A stretch of 64,000 nt of DNA, taken from assembly GCF_964204645.1 (NCBI RefSeq), contig NC_134030.1, forward strand, positions 1,037,355 to 1,101,354, in the 5' to 3' direction. Origin of the DNA: Tubulanus polymorphus. Its lineage: Eukaryota > Animalia > Nemertea. Under the pieces are notes generated by a model. That model did no database searches. It saw only the letters and a list, made by a program, of their open reading frames with translations, and was not told where the DNA came from. The position numbers and the translations under genes are program-made. Below are positions 12,632-23,352 of the stretch, piece by piece (within the stretch, counting starts at the first letter, position 1; every line of letters starts with the position of its first letter).

Positions 12632-13337
12632 CTAATTCTCTATATGGTGCATGTAGGGGTCCAGGAACACCACATCCACTAATTCTCTATATGGTGCATG
12701 TAGGGGTCCAGGGACACCACATCCACTAATTCTCTATATGGTGCATGTAGGGGTCCAGGGACACCACATCCACTAATTCTCTATATGGTGCATGTAGGGG
12801 TCCAGGGACACCACATCCACTAATTCTCTATATGGTGCATGTAGGGGTCCAGGGACACCACATCCACTAATTCTCTATATGGTGCATGTAGGGGTCCAGG
12901 GACACCACATCCACTAATTCTATATATGATGCATGTAGGGGTCCAGGGACACCGCATCCACTAATTCTCTATATGATGCATGTAGGGGTCCAGGGACACC
13001 GCATCCACTAATTCTCTATATGGTGCATGTAGGGGTCCAGGGACACCACATCCACTAATTCTCTATATGGTGCATGTAGGGGTCCAGGGACACCACATCC
13101 ACTAATTCTCTATATGATGCATGTAGGGGTCCAGGGACACCACATCCACTAATTCTCTATATGGTGCATGTAGGGGTCCAGGGACACCACATCCACTAAT
13201 TCTCTATATGATGCATGTAGGGGTCCAGGGACACCACATCCACTAATTCTCTATATGATGCATGTAGGGGTCCAGGGACACCACATCCACTAATTCTCTA
13301 TATGGTGCATGTAGGGGTCCAGGGACACCACATCCAC
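12632..13337 (+). repeat. 47-bp satellite, ~15 copies
   Basis: Same unit as 4292-5186. Confidence 0.97.
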
Positions 13338-13583
13338 TTAGTTGTTGGGCCCGGGCGCTTTCACCCTTCTTGCTGAAAATCAACTGATATCCTGAATTCT
13401 GACTAATTACAGATTGAAAACTGTGATTCACAAGTGCAATAATCAATGATTTCAATCCAAATAAGATTTTCTTAGCTACAGTTTAATCATTACCAAGTGG
13501 AGCTAGGAGCTGATCTAATGTGTTTTTCATCAGCTAATCATTCATATTTAGGCCTCTATCTAATACATCTGTATGATACTTAC

Positions 13584-13675
13584 GATGATTTTAAACGAAT
13601 CTGACTGTCCAATACGACGTCTGTGAAACGAATGATTCGATCAGCTGACCGCTGGTCACTGTTCAGTAGTGTTCG
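13584..13675 (-). other. Paralogue of non-coding exon 0 joined to the exon-2 acceptor sequence
   Basis: Shares GTCAGCTGATCGAATCATTCGTTTCACAGAC with 19861-19891, ends in a GTAAGT donor, and is preceded by GAATATGTTTTCTCTTTTATAG as at 24489-24510. Confidence 0.7.
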
Positions 13676-14309
13676 CTATAAAAGAGAAAACATATTCATA
13701 CAATGACAACCAATTCATATATATAGGAGTATAATATAATGATAATAATAGAAAAACTATCAGATTAAGAAATAAAGAATATCATAATATCAAATAAATT
13801 GAAAATCCATCATATATCGTGCCACAGTTCAGTACTTTCCTTACAACTATCCTTAATCATGGTATGAATCAATTAGCATGAAAGCAGTAAATTTGTACTT
13901 ACAGCAGCATACGGGCTTGATGTTGAGGGGCCCGCGCCCCGTGTTTTTTTCATAGCTTTTGGCATAATTCGTAATGTGGATGGGCTGGCGTCCCATGTTT
14001 TTTGTTTGCTTTTAGCATACTTGAATGGTTAATGCTTGACATCTCTCCCAGATTGTATTGGCTTGAAACCTGCCTTATTGGTATCTAGAAAAATATGTAT
14101 AACTATTTAATCATTTGAAAATACATTTTATAATTAGTCAGTCATACAGTTCAGTACTTTCTTACACTTATTCTTAAGCATAGTATGAATAAATTAGCAT
14201 GAAAAGAGTAAATTTGTAGTTAGCAGCATACGGGCTGGGAGTAGAGGGGCCGGCGCCCCACATTTTTTCATGGCTTTTGGCATTGTTTTCTTTGTTTGTG
14301 GCAGCAACT

Positions 14310-14500
14310 ATGGGTCGGTCTGTCTTGAGTTTGTTGGTTGTTGCAGCAGCTATGGGTCTGTCTTGAGTTTGTTGATTGTTGCAGCAGCTGGGTCAGTCTT
14401 GAGTTTGTTGGTTGTTTCAGCAGCTATGGGTCAGTCTTGAGTTTGTTGGTTGTTTCAGCAGCAGCAGCTATGGGTCAGTCTTGAGTTTGTTGGTTGTCTT
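14310..14500. repeat. ~38-bp imperfect tandem repeat, ~5 copies
   Basis: GTCTTGAGTTTGTTGGTTGTT(T/G)CAGCAGCTATGGGTC repeated. Confidence 0.85.
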
Positions 14501-14956
14501 GATTTTTTTCTATAGGAATTCAAGAACAAAGTAGTCGCATGTAGGTAGACACATTCATGAATCACTCAGTGTCTTCCTGTCCCACCATAACTTCCTTGAT
14601 CCTCATTACTCGGATTTATTCTCTGAACCACTTTTCCATGTTTGTTGTGGTTTGTTTGTTTTGATTTGCTGGTGGTTTAAGCATGCATGTAGAGGGAGCT
14701 CTATCAATCCAGGAACAGTCAGCTCACAAGCAGCCCCTGCCCCAAAAGGTTTTGACATATTTTCAAAAGCTCTTGTTCTGTAGAACCGAGAGCGGAGCTC
14801 TGACTTGTTCCCCTCACTGCTGAGGTCTACTTTCTCTGATTCGCTGATTGGCTTCTCTTTGGTACATATTGGATGATCAAAAACTAGAAACTGTCATGCG
14901 TTTATTCATTTTGGTATATGTTAAAATTCTTTTACAATAATGGCATATTAGGCACA

Positions 14957-15304
14957 TCAAAACAAATCCGGAATTGTCCCCGAACGAAGTGGCTCCCTCC
15001 ACTCTCCATCAGTATGCCGGGCCACCACCTCTACCTCTCGGGCCACTCGATCACTCGCCAGCTTTTTGGCGAGTGAACGAGTGACCGCCCGAGATACGGA
15101 TGGAGGAGCAGGACCCGCACCTGCCCCAGCCCCACCATCATCCCTCCTCGGCCTCTTCCTATTAATTCTTACCCCTTCCTCCTGATTGCCTTGATCAGCT
15201 GCGCCATCCGCAGGGGCAACTCTTGCCTCCCCTCCCTGAGGAGCCACGACGACCGCAACTTTTCTTTTTCGTTTGGTTCTTGTTTTTTTTGGCGGTGGTC
15301 GTGT
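14957..15304 (-). pseudogene. Orphan exon-8 paralogue, in frame from acceptor to stop
   Basis: TTTCTCTTTACAG|TRPPPKKTRTKRKRKVAVVVAPQGGEARV...WREPLRSGTIPDLF*; many synonymous differences from 39900-40292. Confidence 0.85.
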
Positions 15305-15632
15305 CTGTAAAGAGAAAAAATGAACAATAAGTATTTAGTATAATACACCTATGTGCGTATAATACACCTATGTGAGTCCTTCGCTATTAAACACATAGAA
15401 CTGTGGAACTGGATCCCGAGGCTAATCTAAATGCGCGCAACTGAGTCCAAGTGCAACTAAAGCACACAACTGCGGATCAGATAAATCATTGGTAGATTCA
15501 CTTGTAAAATATCTCGCTAAGAACAAACTAAAAACTGTAGAATGTTGTTGAAACTGTTGTGTGTTATTCATTTGGGTATATGTTATATTTGAATTTTTTT
15601 CAATGAAGGCATATTAGGCGCACATGAACGTC

Positions 15633-16030
15633 TCATGCGTTCAAGGCATATCCCTTCACTGAAAGAATATTCTTTAGATCAGTTAACAAATCCGGAATTG
15701 GCCCCGAACGAAGTGGCACCCTCCACTCTCCATCAGTATGCCGGGCCACCACCTCTACCTCTCGGGCCACTCGATCACTCGCCAGCTTTTTGACGAGTGA
15801 CCGCCCAAGATACGGATGGAGGAGCAGGAGGAGCAGGACCCGCACCATCTCAAGCCCCACCACCATCCCTCCTCGGCCGCTTCCTATTTATCCCCTCCCC
15901 TTCCTCCCGATTACCTTCGTCAGCCGCACCATCCGCCGGGACCACTCTTGCTCCTCCTCCCTGCGGAGCCACGACGACCGCAACTGGTACTTTTCGGTTT
16001 CTCTTGGTTTCCCACCATCTTTCAAAAGAG
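15633..16030 (-). pseudogene. Second exon-8 paralogue with altered 5' end and a frameshift
   Basis: Homologous to 39940-40330; deletion near VTRS. Confidence 0.8.
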
Positions 16031-16944
16031 AACTATCGATATATCATTAGCTACAAGGAAACTTTTCAGAAACTTTTTCAGGTCATTCTTTCTTGTATTA
16101 TTAGCATTTGATTCTCTATATATCGTCAGAACATGGACTCAGAGTGTTTCTTTAATGGTTAAGAATGTCTCTTTAACCAACATCCCCCTAGCCTGCTTCC
16201 TACATATCCCTTCCCTTTCCTCCTGATTACCTTTGATCCCCACTGCCTAGCAGCTAACAGCTGCTGCTATTTTATCTGGTTTACATGTTTTGCAGATAGT
16301 GTCTGTTATGCTATAGTTGTTCTTTTAATCGTTTAACTTCTTCATCTGAAATTTCATTATTCTAATTTCAGTTTCACGCAGGAAATGGTTCATGAAAATC
16401 TGCATTGAGACTGGGACGAAATGTGCATTGAGACGGATGAAATCTGCATGAACAGAGATATACTTTAAGATCCCCATTTTATCCATCGGAGTGAATGTAC
16501 ATCCACTACTCACAGGTAGCAAACCTACAAACGCTAAACACTCATCCCTGGGCCCTGATTCAAAAATAAAAATAAAAGATTAAATTAAGAATTAACATTT
16601 TTATGAATCAGTGATCAGTTTCATAAAATAAGTCCTAAATTAATTTTAGGGGTTTATTATTTCAGATTGAAATGAATTCTTCATGTTTATGCAATTCTCA
16701 TTATCTTTCATTGCAGCATTTATATATTCAATTTTAATCATACATGTGAAATATATAATGTATTTTCAGGGAAACGTAAACAAGAAAGGAAGGGAAGAAA
16801 GAGAAAGGAAGGGAAGAAACAGAAGGGAAGGGAAGAAAGAGAAGGGAAGAAAGAGTTGGATGATTAATGCGCAATTATTCTCCATTCCGAATTCCTGTAT
16901 TCGACTCTAGGTGATCATCATACGAACGAGATATAGAAAAAAAA

Positions 16945-17280
16945 CATTACTGAAGTCATCTCTATTTTTTAGTCTCAATTTGTATTTCTAATTCAATTTA
17001 CTAAGTGTGTAAGTCATCATTTGGAAGTGTAAGTCATCATTTGGATAAATCGTCACATTACTGAAGTCATCTCTATTTTTTAGTCTCAATTTGTATTTCT
17101 AATTCAATTTACCAAGTGTAAGTCATAATTTGGATAAATCGTCACATTACTGAAGTCATCTCTATTTTTTAGTCTCAATTTGTATTTCTAATTCAATTCA
17201 CTAAGTGTGTAAGTCATCATTTGGATAAGTCGTCACATTATTGAAGTCATCTCTATTTTGAAGTCTCAATTAGTATTCAA
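16945..17280. repeat. ~90-bp tandem repeat, ~3.5 copies
   Basis: CATTA(C/T)TGAAGTCATCTCTATTTT restarts near 16945, 17056, 17145 and 17236. Confidence 0.88.
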
Positions 17281-19729
17281 TTTACTTCAGATAACGTAAT
17301 TTGGTTTAATCACGAGTCGTCAACATTATAATCAATGTAACTACAGTGACTACATTATTGTCCTTTTATTGAGAAATTTATGTTAATTTTTGATTTCTGG
17401 GATAAATCAAAATTCAAATGTTATCATTTTTTGTATCAAAAATTGTAAAAAATTGAATAATTTGTGTGCTATTGAAACATTCAGTTATGGGGAGTTTTAA
17501 GCTCAGAAAACTTTGAGCCTGTTTATACAAGTGTTGTAACAAGTGTTGAACAATTCAAAGATCATGTTGTTTATACTTTGTCATGTTAGAAAAAATGTTT
17601 TCTAATATATTGATGTTTCTAAAAAAACATATGATTCAACTTTAAAAGGCCAACAAGCCTTCTAATAAAACTAGTTTGTCATATATATATATATATTACT
17701 TGGTCATTGTCAAGTTTTTAAAAAAATATTTTGGTTTTCTCAGCTTTCTCTGGTGGAAATTTCTTCGTGGAATTCCTCTTCTATACAAGTTCCTCCTCAG
17801 ACTTTTTTTATGCGAGAGTTTATAACAACCGGATCCTCAGAAAATGGTCGGAGTGCCAAGTCTTCGATTTAAGATCACCAGTCTTATCTGAGACCATAAG
17901 TTCACTAGCAAGTTTCACTAGCGATTCCAACAGCTATAGGATGGAACAGTATTATTATATAGGTCACCACTGTGCAATTGAGCCCAGATCATCAGAAAAA
18001 GATAAAAGTGAAGATATGTGATGGGATTCATTGAAAATTTTGCATATATAATTAATTCATTGAACTACTTAATTTGTATGATTTATTTTTTGGGAATTTT
18101 CGAATTTGTCATCAATAACTAGTATATATTTCTTTTCAAGTTGTGAGCGATCTAGTTCTCTGTCGACCCATTGAAAATGAATCGACTCTGAACTGTAGAA
18201 CTGGACCCAGGGAGCTGAATCTCGCGTGCCACAGCAAGATACAGAGCTCTTCAATGTCTTAACCGTCAGGTGCTGCCCGTAAACAAATCAATAGCGGTAA
18301 ATCTGTGAACTAACTTATAGCTCGCTTGCCAGAGTAGAATCATAGCGAGCTGTCTAAAATCTTGAACCGTCTAGTGCTGCCCCTTAATCGATATGTATCG
18401 GAAAAGTGAATTTATTACTCGCATGCCACAGTAGTTGAGTAGTTGGAACATCATGATAGACTCGTTTTTCTGTGCAGCTATAACGGGAACTATTTCAGAT
18501 CTGATAATGAATATAAACTCAGTCACAGTTCGATAACAAACGCCGCTGGGTGAAATTGATGTAAACAAATAATCGTGTTGAAATTGAATTTAGTTTAAGA
18601 TATATTTTCGTGGTAGTTTTTATTTTCAAGCTGTTTACGTTCACTTCAAATGATGAAACGATGAAACCATATTAAATACATCCCTGTTTTAGTGGGGATT
18701 TTGAGTTTTGGTCCTTTCCGTATCTTCTAGAAACATCAAGTAGAAAGGCATTAACTGAACCCTATGTCTTTAACTTCAGGAGTCTATATGGAGTTTTCGG
18801 ATGCCTCTTTTCCTCACTTCTTGCATTCGTCACTATTAGAAATCCGGACAAACTGAATTCAGTTCGACGAGGCCGAAGAACAGAAGACCAAAGAGTGATC
18901 TGCACTAGCCGCAGGGTTCGTGTTGGCTTGGACCGGTGGGAGGCAATCAAACCCCGACACGTGAAGATGTATCCTCAAAAATGGATACCGGAACGCTTCT
19001 CTGGTTTACGATGATCAGTCTGCAGGGATAACTCTTTGGCGGGGCGTGATCGCGTGAATAGCCCAAACTAAACCTTCAGAGTTCACTGTACTACAGCATA
19101 CAACATCTGATAACTTGCATAATAAAGCGCGGCGTGCATGAAAAGAATTGTATAAATGCGGGCAAGATTCCGTGCCCTGGCAATCGAACGCCGGAGTGGA
19201 GGTATTCCATACACTGGTAGGTGAGTCGGAGTAGACTGGTTGCTTGTCCCATAGAGACCGGTAACCAGTCTAGCCACCTCACGATCAGTCTACATTGAAA
19301 AACCATTACTGAAATATGGTTGACGGAAATATTCATTTTATATCAGATTCTAAAATATTTTCTCGTATTGAATACAAAATTTTTATTATCTTAATAAGAT
19401 AAATCTGCCAAAGCTCAACAATTTGAATTAGTGAAAACCGATGTGCGAAGTCGTCAATTCAGTAGCCGGATAGAGCCCGGTAACCAGTCTAACAGTCAAT
19501 GTTCATTGCGCGGGAATGAACGGGCAACCAATCTACGATGAAAAATCATTTCTGAAAAATTATGAACGGAGATATTCATTTTACTTTGAATTTTGAATTA
19601 TCTTTTAAAACTGACAGCCATATTAACCAAAGTATTAATAGTAAATCTGATAAAATCTAATACCGGTTTTAGAATAGGTGAAAACTGATTTATGTGATGC
19701 CGTCGGTTCAGAAGACTGATCCGTAGAAT

Positions 19730-19835
19730 CGTTCGCCACTTTCTTCCGGTCCACTTACTTCCGCGTTTGTGATTTGCATACAAGTAGTTTGAATGTTAAA
19801 TGTATTAAGCCGCGTGTTGATTGGTTGAGGTCAGT
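19730..19835 (+). promoter_or_regulatory. Candidate (possibly bidirectional) promoter of the 334-aa gene
   Basis: ETS-like CTTCCGG/ACTTCCG (~19744-19763), octamer ATTTGCAT 19772-19779, CHR-like TTTGAA 19788-19793, inverted CCAAT 19820-19824, Inr-like TCAGT 19831-19835, and donors on both strands. Duplicated at ~53770-53876. Confidence 0.5.
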
Positions 19836-19899
19836 GCGGTTTACTGAACGATGACCAGCTGTCAGCTGATCGAATCATTCGTTTCACAGACATTACGAC
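19831..19899 (+). other. Putative non-coding exon 0 (5' UTR); start approximate
   Basis: GAC|GTAAGT donor at 19900. Exon 1 begins directly at a splice acceptor, so an upstream exon is required. The sequence is conserved in the paralogue at 13584-13675. Confidence 0.6.
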
Positions 19900-20532
19900 G
19901 TAAGTATATTTTACATCTTTGATCAAAAATTGATCAAAAATTGTAGTGTAAAAAAACTCAAAACTGAGGCCTCTATAAATGATCGATTGACTTTAAATGA
20001 TTACTTTAGCACAGCTCTTGTAGACAATGATTAGGTGTCATAGTAGTTTAGCTCGAAAGTGCACATATAAGGTTAATTTTCATCCCTTATTTAGAGACCG
20101 AGGTATTGAGCGTCCATTTCAGCCCTTAAAACATCATCAACCTACCTCAAACTGACTGTTTTTAAATCCAACAATAGTTACCTAACTATTGACTCATCAT
20201 GGATTCGATTCAAAAACAATTTTTGATGATCATAGTGATTCGAAACGTTTGAATTTTTGAAAAACACGAATGCTAAACGACGGATCCGGACTTCGATTGC
20301 GGCCCAATGGCAGAGTTGATTTTCTTATTTGGAATTTGAAGATATAAATCACTGAAATCAATTGGTTTTCTCAACCAAAATTAAAATTAAGAAGAATTTA
20401 GGATGGAGATGTTTGATTTTCATTTTGTCTAAAATGCCGACTTAAAAATTAATTCAATTGAATCAAATTAATGAATTCATCATTTCACGATATTATAGAT
20501 AATCAAAATGTGAATATGAAATCACCTTTTCA

Positions 20533-22495
20533 ATCGCTGTTTTTGGGTAAGATCGCAGTTTTTAGGTAAGATCGCAGTTTTTAGGTTAGATCGCTGTTTT
20601 GAGGTTAGATCACCGTTTTTGGTTAGATTGCTGTTTTGTGTTAGATCACTTTTTGTGTTAGATCACAGTTTTTGTGTTAGATCGCTGTTTTTGGGTTAGA
20701 TCGCTGTTTTGTGTTAGATCGCTGTTTTAGGTTAGATCGCAGTTTTTAGGTTACATTGCAGTATTTTGGTTAGACCGCAGTTTTTTGTTAGATCGCAGTT
20801 TTTAAGTTAGATCGCTGTTTTGGGTTAGATCACAGTTTTTAAGTTAGATCGCTGTTTTGGGTTAGATCACAGTTTTTGTGTTAGATCGCTGTTTTAGGTT
20901 AGATCGCAGTTTTTAAGGTAGATCGCAGTTTTTGGGTTAGATCGCTGTTTTAGGTTAGATCGCAGTTTTTAAGTTAGATCGCTGTTTTGGGTTAGATCAC
21001 AGTTTTTGTGTTAGATCGCTGTTTTAGGTTAGATCGCAGTTTTTAAGTTAGATCGCTGTTTTGGGTTAGATCACAGTTTTTGTGTTAGATCGCTGTTTTA
21101 GGTTAGATCGCAGTTTTTAAGTTAGATCGCAGTTTTTGTGTTAGATCGCTGTTTTAGGTTAGATCGCTGTTTTTAAGTTAGATCGCTGTTTTGGGTTAGA
21201 TCACAGTTTTTGTGTTAGATCGCTGTTTTTAGGTTAGATCGCAGTTTTTAGGTTACATTGCAGTATTTGGGTTAGACCGCAGTTTTTTTGTTAGATCGCA
21301 GTTTTTAAGTTAGATCGCTGTTTTGGGTTAGATCACAGCTTTTGTGTTAGATCACAGTTTTTGGGTTAGACCACAGTTTTTTTGTTAGATCGCAGTTTTT
21401 AAGTTAGATCGCTGTTTTGGGTTAGATCACAGTTTTTGTGTTAGATCGCTGTTTTTAGGTTAGATCGCAGTTTTTAGGTTAGATCGCAGTTTTTGTGTTA
21501 GATCACTGGTTTTTTGTTAGATTGCAGTTTTTAGGTTAGATCGCTGTTTTGTGTTAGATCGCCGTTTTTAGGTTAGATTGCTGTTTTTAGGTTAGATCGC
21601 TGTTTTGTGTTAGATCGCTGTTTTTAGGTTATATCGCAGTTTTTGTGTTAGATCACTGTTTTTGTGTTAGATCACTGTTTTTGTGTTAGATCACAGTTTT
21701 TGGTTAGATCCCTGTTTTTAGGTTAGATTGCTGTTTTTAGGTTAGATCGCTGTTTTTAGGTTATATCGCAGTTTTTGTGTTCGATCACTGTTTTTGTGTT
21801 AGATCACAGTTTTTGTGTTAGATCACAGCTTTTAGGTTAGATAGCAGTTTTTAGGTTAGATTGCTGTTTTTAGGTTATATCACAGTTTTTGTGTTAGATC
21901 ACAGCTTTTAGGTTAGATAGCAGTTTTTAGGTTAGATTGCTGTTTTTAGGTTATATCGCAGTTTTTGTGTTAGATCACTGTTTTTGTGTTAGATAGCAGT
22001 TTTTAGGTTAGATCGCTGTTTTTGAGTTAAATCGCCTTTTTGGGTTAGATCACAGTTTTTGTGTTAGATCACAGCTTTTAGGTTAGATGGCTGTTTTTAG
22101 GTTAGATCCCTTTTTTCTCTTAGATCGCAGTATTTAGGTTAGATCTCTTTTTTTTTGGATTAGATCGCTGTTTTTGGGTTAGATCGCAGTTATTGTGTTA
22201 GATCGCAGTTTTTTGTTAGATCGCTGTTTTTGGGTTAGACCGCAGTGTTTAGGTTAGATTGCAGTTTTTAGGTTAGAACACTGTTTTTCTGTTAGATCGC
22301 AGTTTTTTGTTAGATCGCTGTTTTAGGTTGGATTGCTGTTTTAGGTTAGATCGCAGTTTTTTGTTAGGTCGCTGTTTTTGGGTTAGAAAGCTGTTTTTGT
22401 GTTAGATTGGTGTTTTTAGGTTAGATCGCTATTTTTGTGTAAGATCGCTGTTTTTGGGTTAGATCGCTGTTTTTGGGTTAGATCACTGTTTTTGT
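20533..22495 (+). repeat. 19-21-bp T-rich minisatellite, ~95 copies
   Basis: Unit approximately GGTTAGATCGC(A/T)GTTTTT(A/G). Confidence 0.95.
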
Positions 22496-22547
22496 GTTTT
22501 TGTCAATCATCATATCAAGATTTGCAATCCCAGTTGCCTTCAAGTTT

Positions 22548-23220
22548 CATATAGAGAATTAGTGGATGTGGTGTCCCTGGACCCCTACATGCACCATATA
22601 GAGAATTAGTGGATGTGGTGTCCCTGGACCCCTACATGCACCATATAGAGAATTAGTGGATGTCGTGTCCCTGGACCCCTACATGCACCATATAGAGAAT
22701 TAGTGGATGTGGTGTCCCTGGACCCCTACATGCATCATATAGAGAATTAGTGGATGTGGTGTCCCTGGACCCCTACATGTACCATATAGAGAATTAGTGG
22801 ATGTGGTGTTCCTGGACCCCTACATGCACCATATAGAGAATTAGTGGATGTGGTGTCCCTGGACCCCTACATGCACCATATAGAGAATTAGTGGATGTGG
22901 TGTCCCTGGACCCCTACATGTACCATATAGAGAATTAGTGGATGTGGTGTTCCTGGACCCCTACATGCACCATATAGAGAATTAGTGGATGTGGTGTCCC
23001 TGGACCCCTACATGCACCATATAGAGAATTAGTGGATGTGGTGTCCCTGGACCCCTACATGCACCATATAGAGAATTAGTGGATGTGGTGTCCCTGGACC
23101 CCTACATGCACCATATAGAGAATTAGTGGATGTGGTGTCCCTGGACCCCTACATGCACCATATAGAGAATTAGTGGATGTGGTGTCCCTGGACCCCTACA
23201 TGCACCATATAGAGAATTAG
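22548..23220 (-). repeat. 47-bp satellite, ~14 copies, ending ~70 bp upstream of exon 1
   Basis: Reverse complement of the 4292-5186 unit. Confidence 0.97.
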
Positions 23221-23289
23221 TTCACTGAACCAGAATAAGACCGACTGATATATTTTCAAATGATTTAATATTTTTACTTGTTTTTCTAG

Positions 23290-23352
23290 ATGCCAAAAGC
23301 CACAAAGAAAACCCGGGGCGCGGGGCCCTCAACATCTAGCCCCTATAATAAA
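23290..23352 (+). CDS. Exon 1: MPKATKKTRGAGPSTSSPYNK
   Basis: TTTTTCTAG|ATG ... AAA|GTAAGT, 63 nt. Confidence 0.88.

Larger units (their letters stand above)
3445..13490 (-). repeat. Tandem segmental duplication, ~3.5 units of 2.4-3.4 kb, carrying exons 1, fused 1+2, 3, a remnant of 4, exon 7 and the 47-bp satellite
   Basis: CTCATTGAAATTCCC starts units at 3445, 6868, 9545 and 11965; near-identical ORFs recur at offsets of 2677 and 2680. Confidence 0.95.

Noticed and set aside
16325-16522. 65-aa ORF after an acceptor-like site on the - strand
   Set aside because: It is absent from copy B, followed by stops, and shows no homology to the family exons; at most a decayed exon.
17731-19783. Short ORFs repeated at 51619-53824
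   Set aside because: Their conservation only reflects the recent segmental duplication; no codon-position bias was seen.
20533-22495. Telomeric repeat (contains TTAGG and GGGTTAG)
   Set aside because: The motif is embedded in a 19-21-bp unit; there are no pure (TTAGG)n or (TTAGGG)n tracts.
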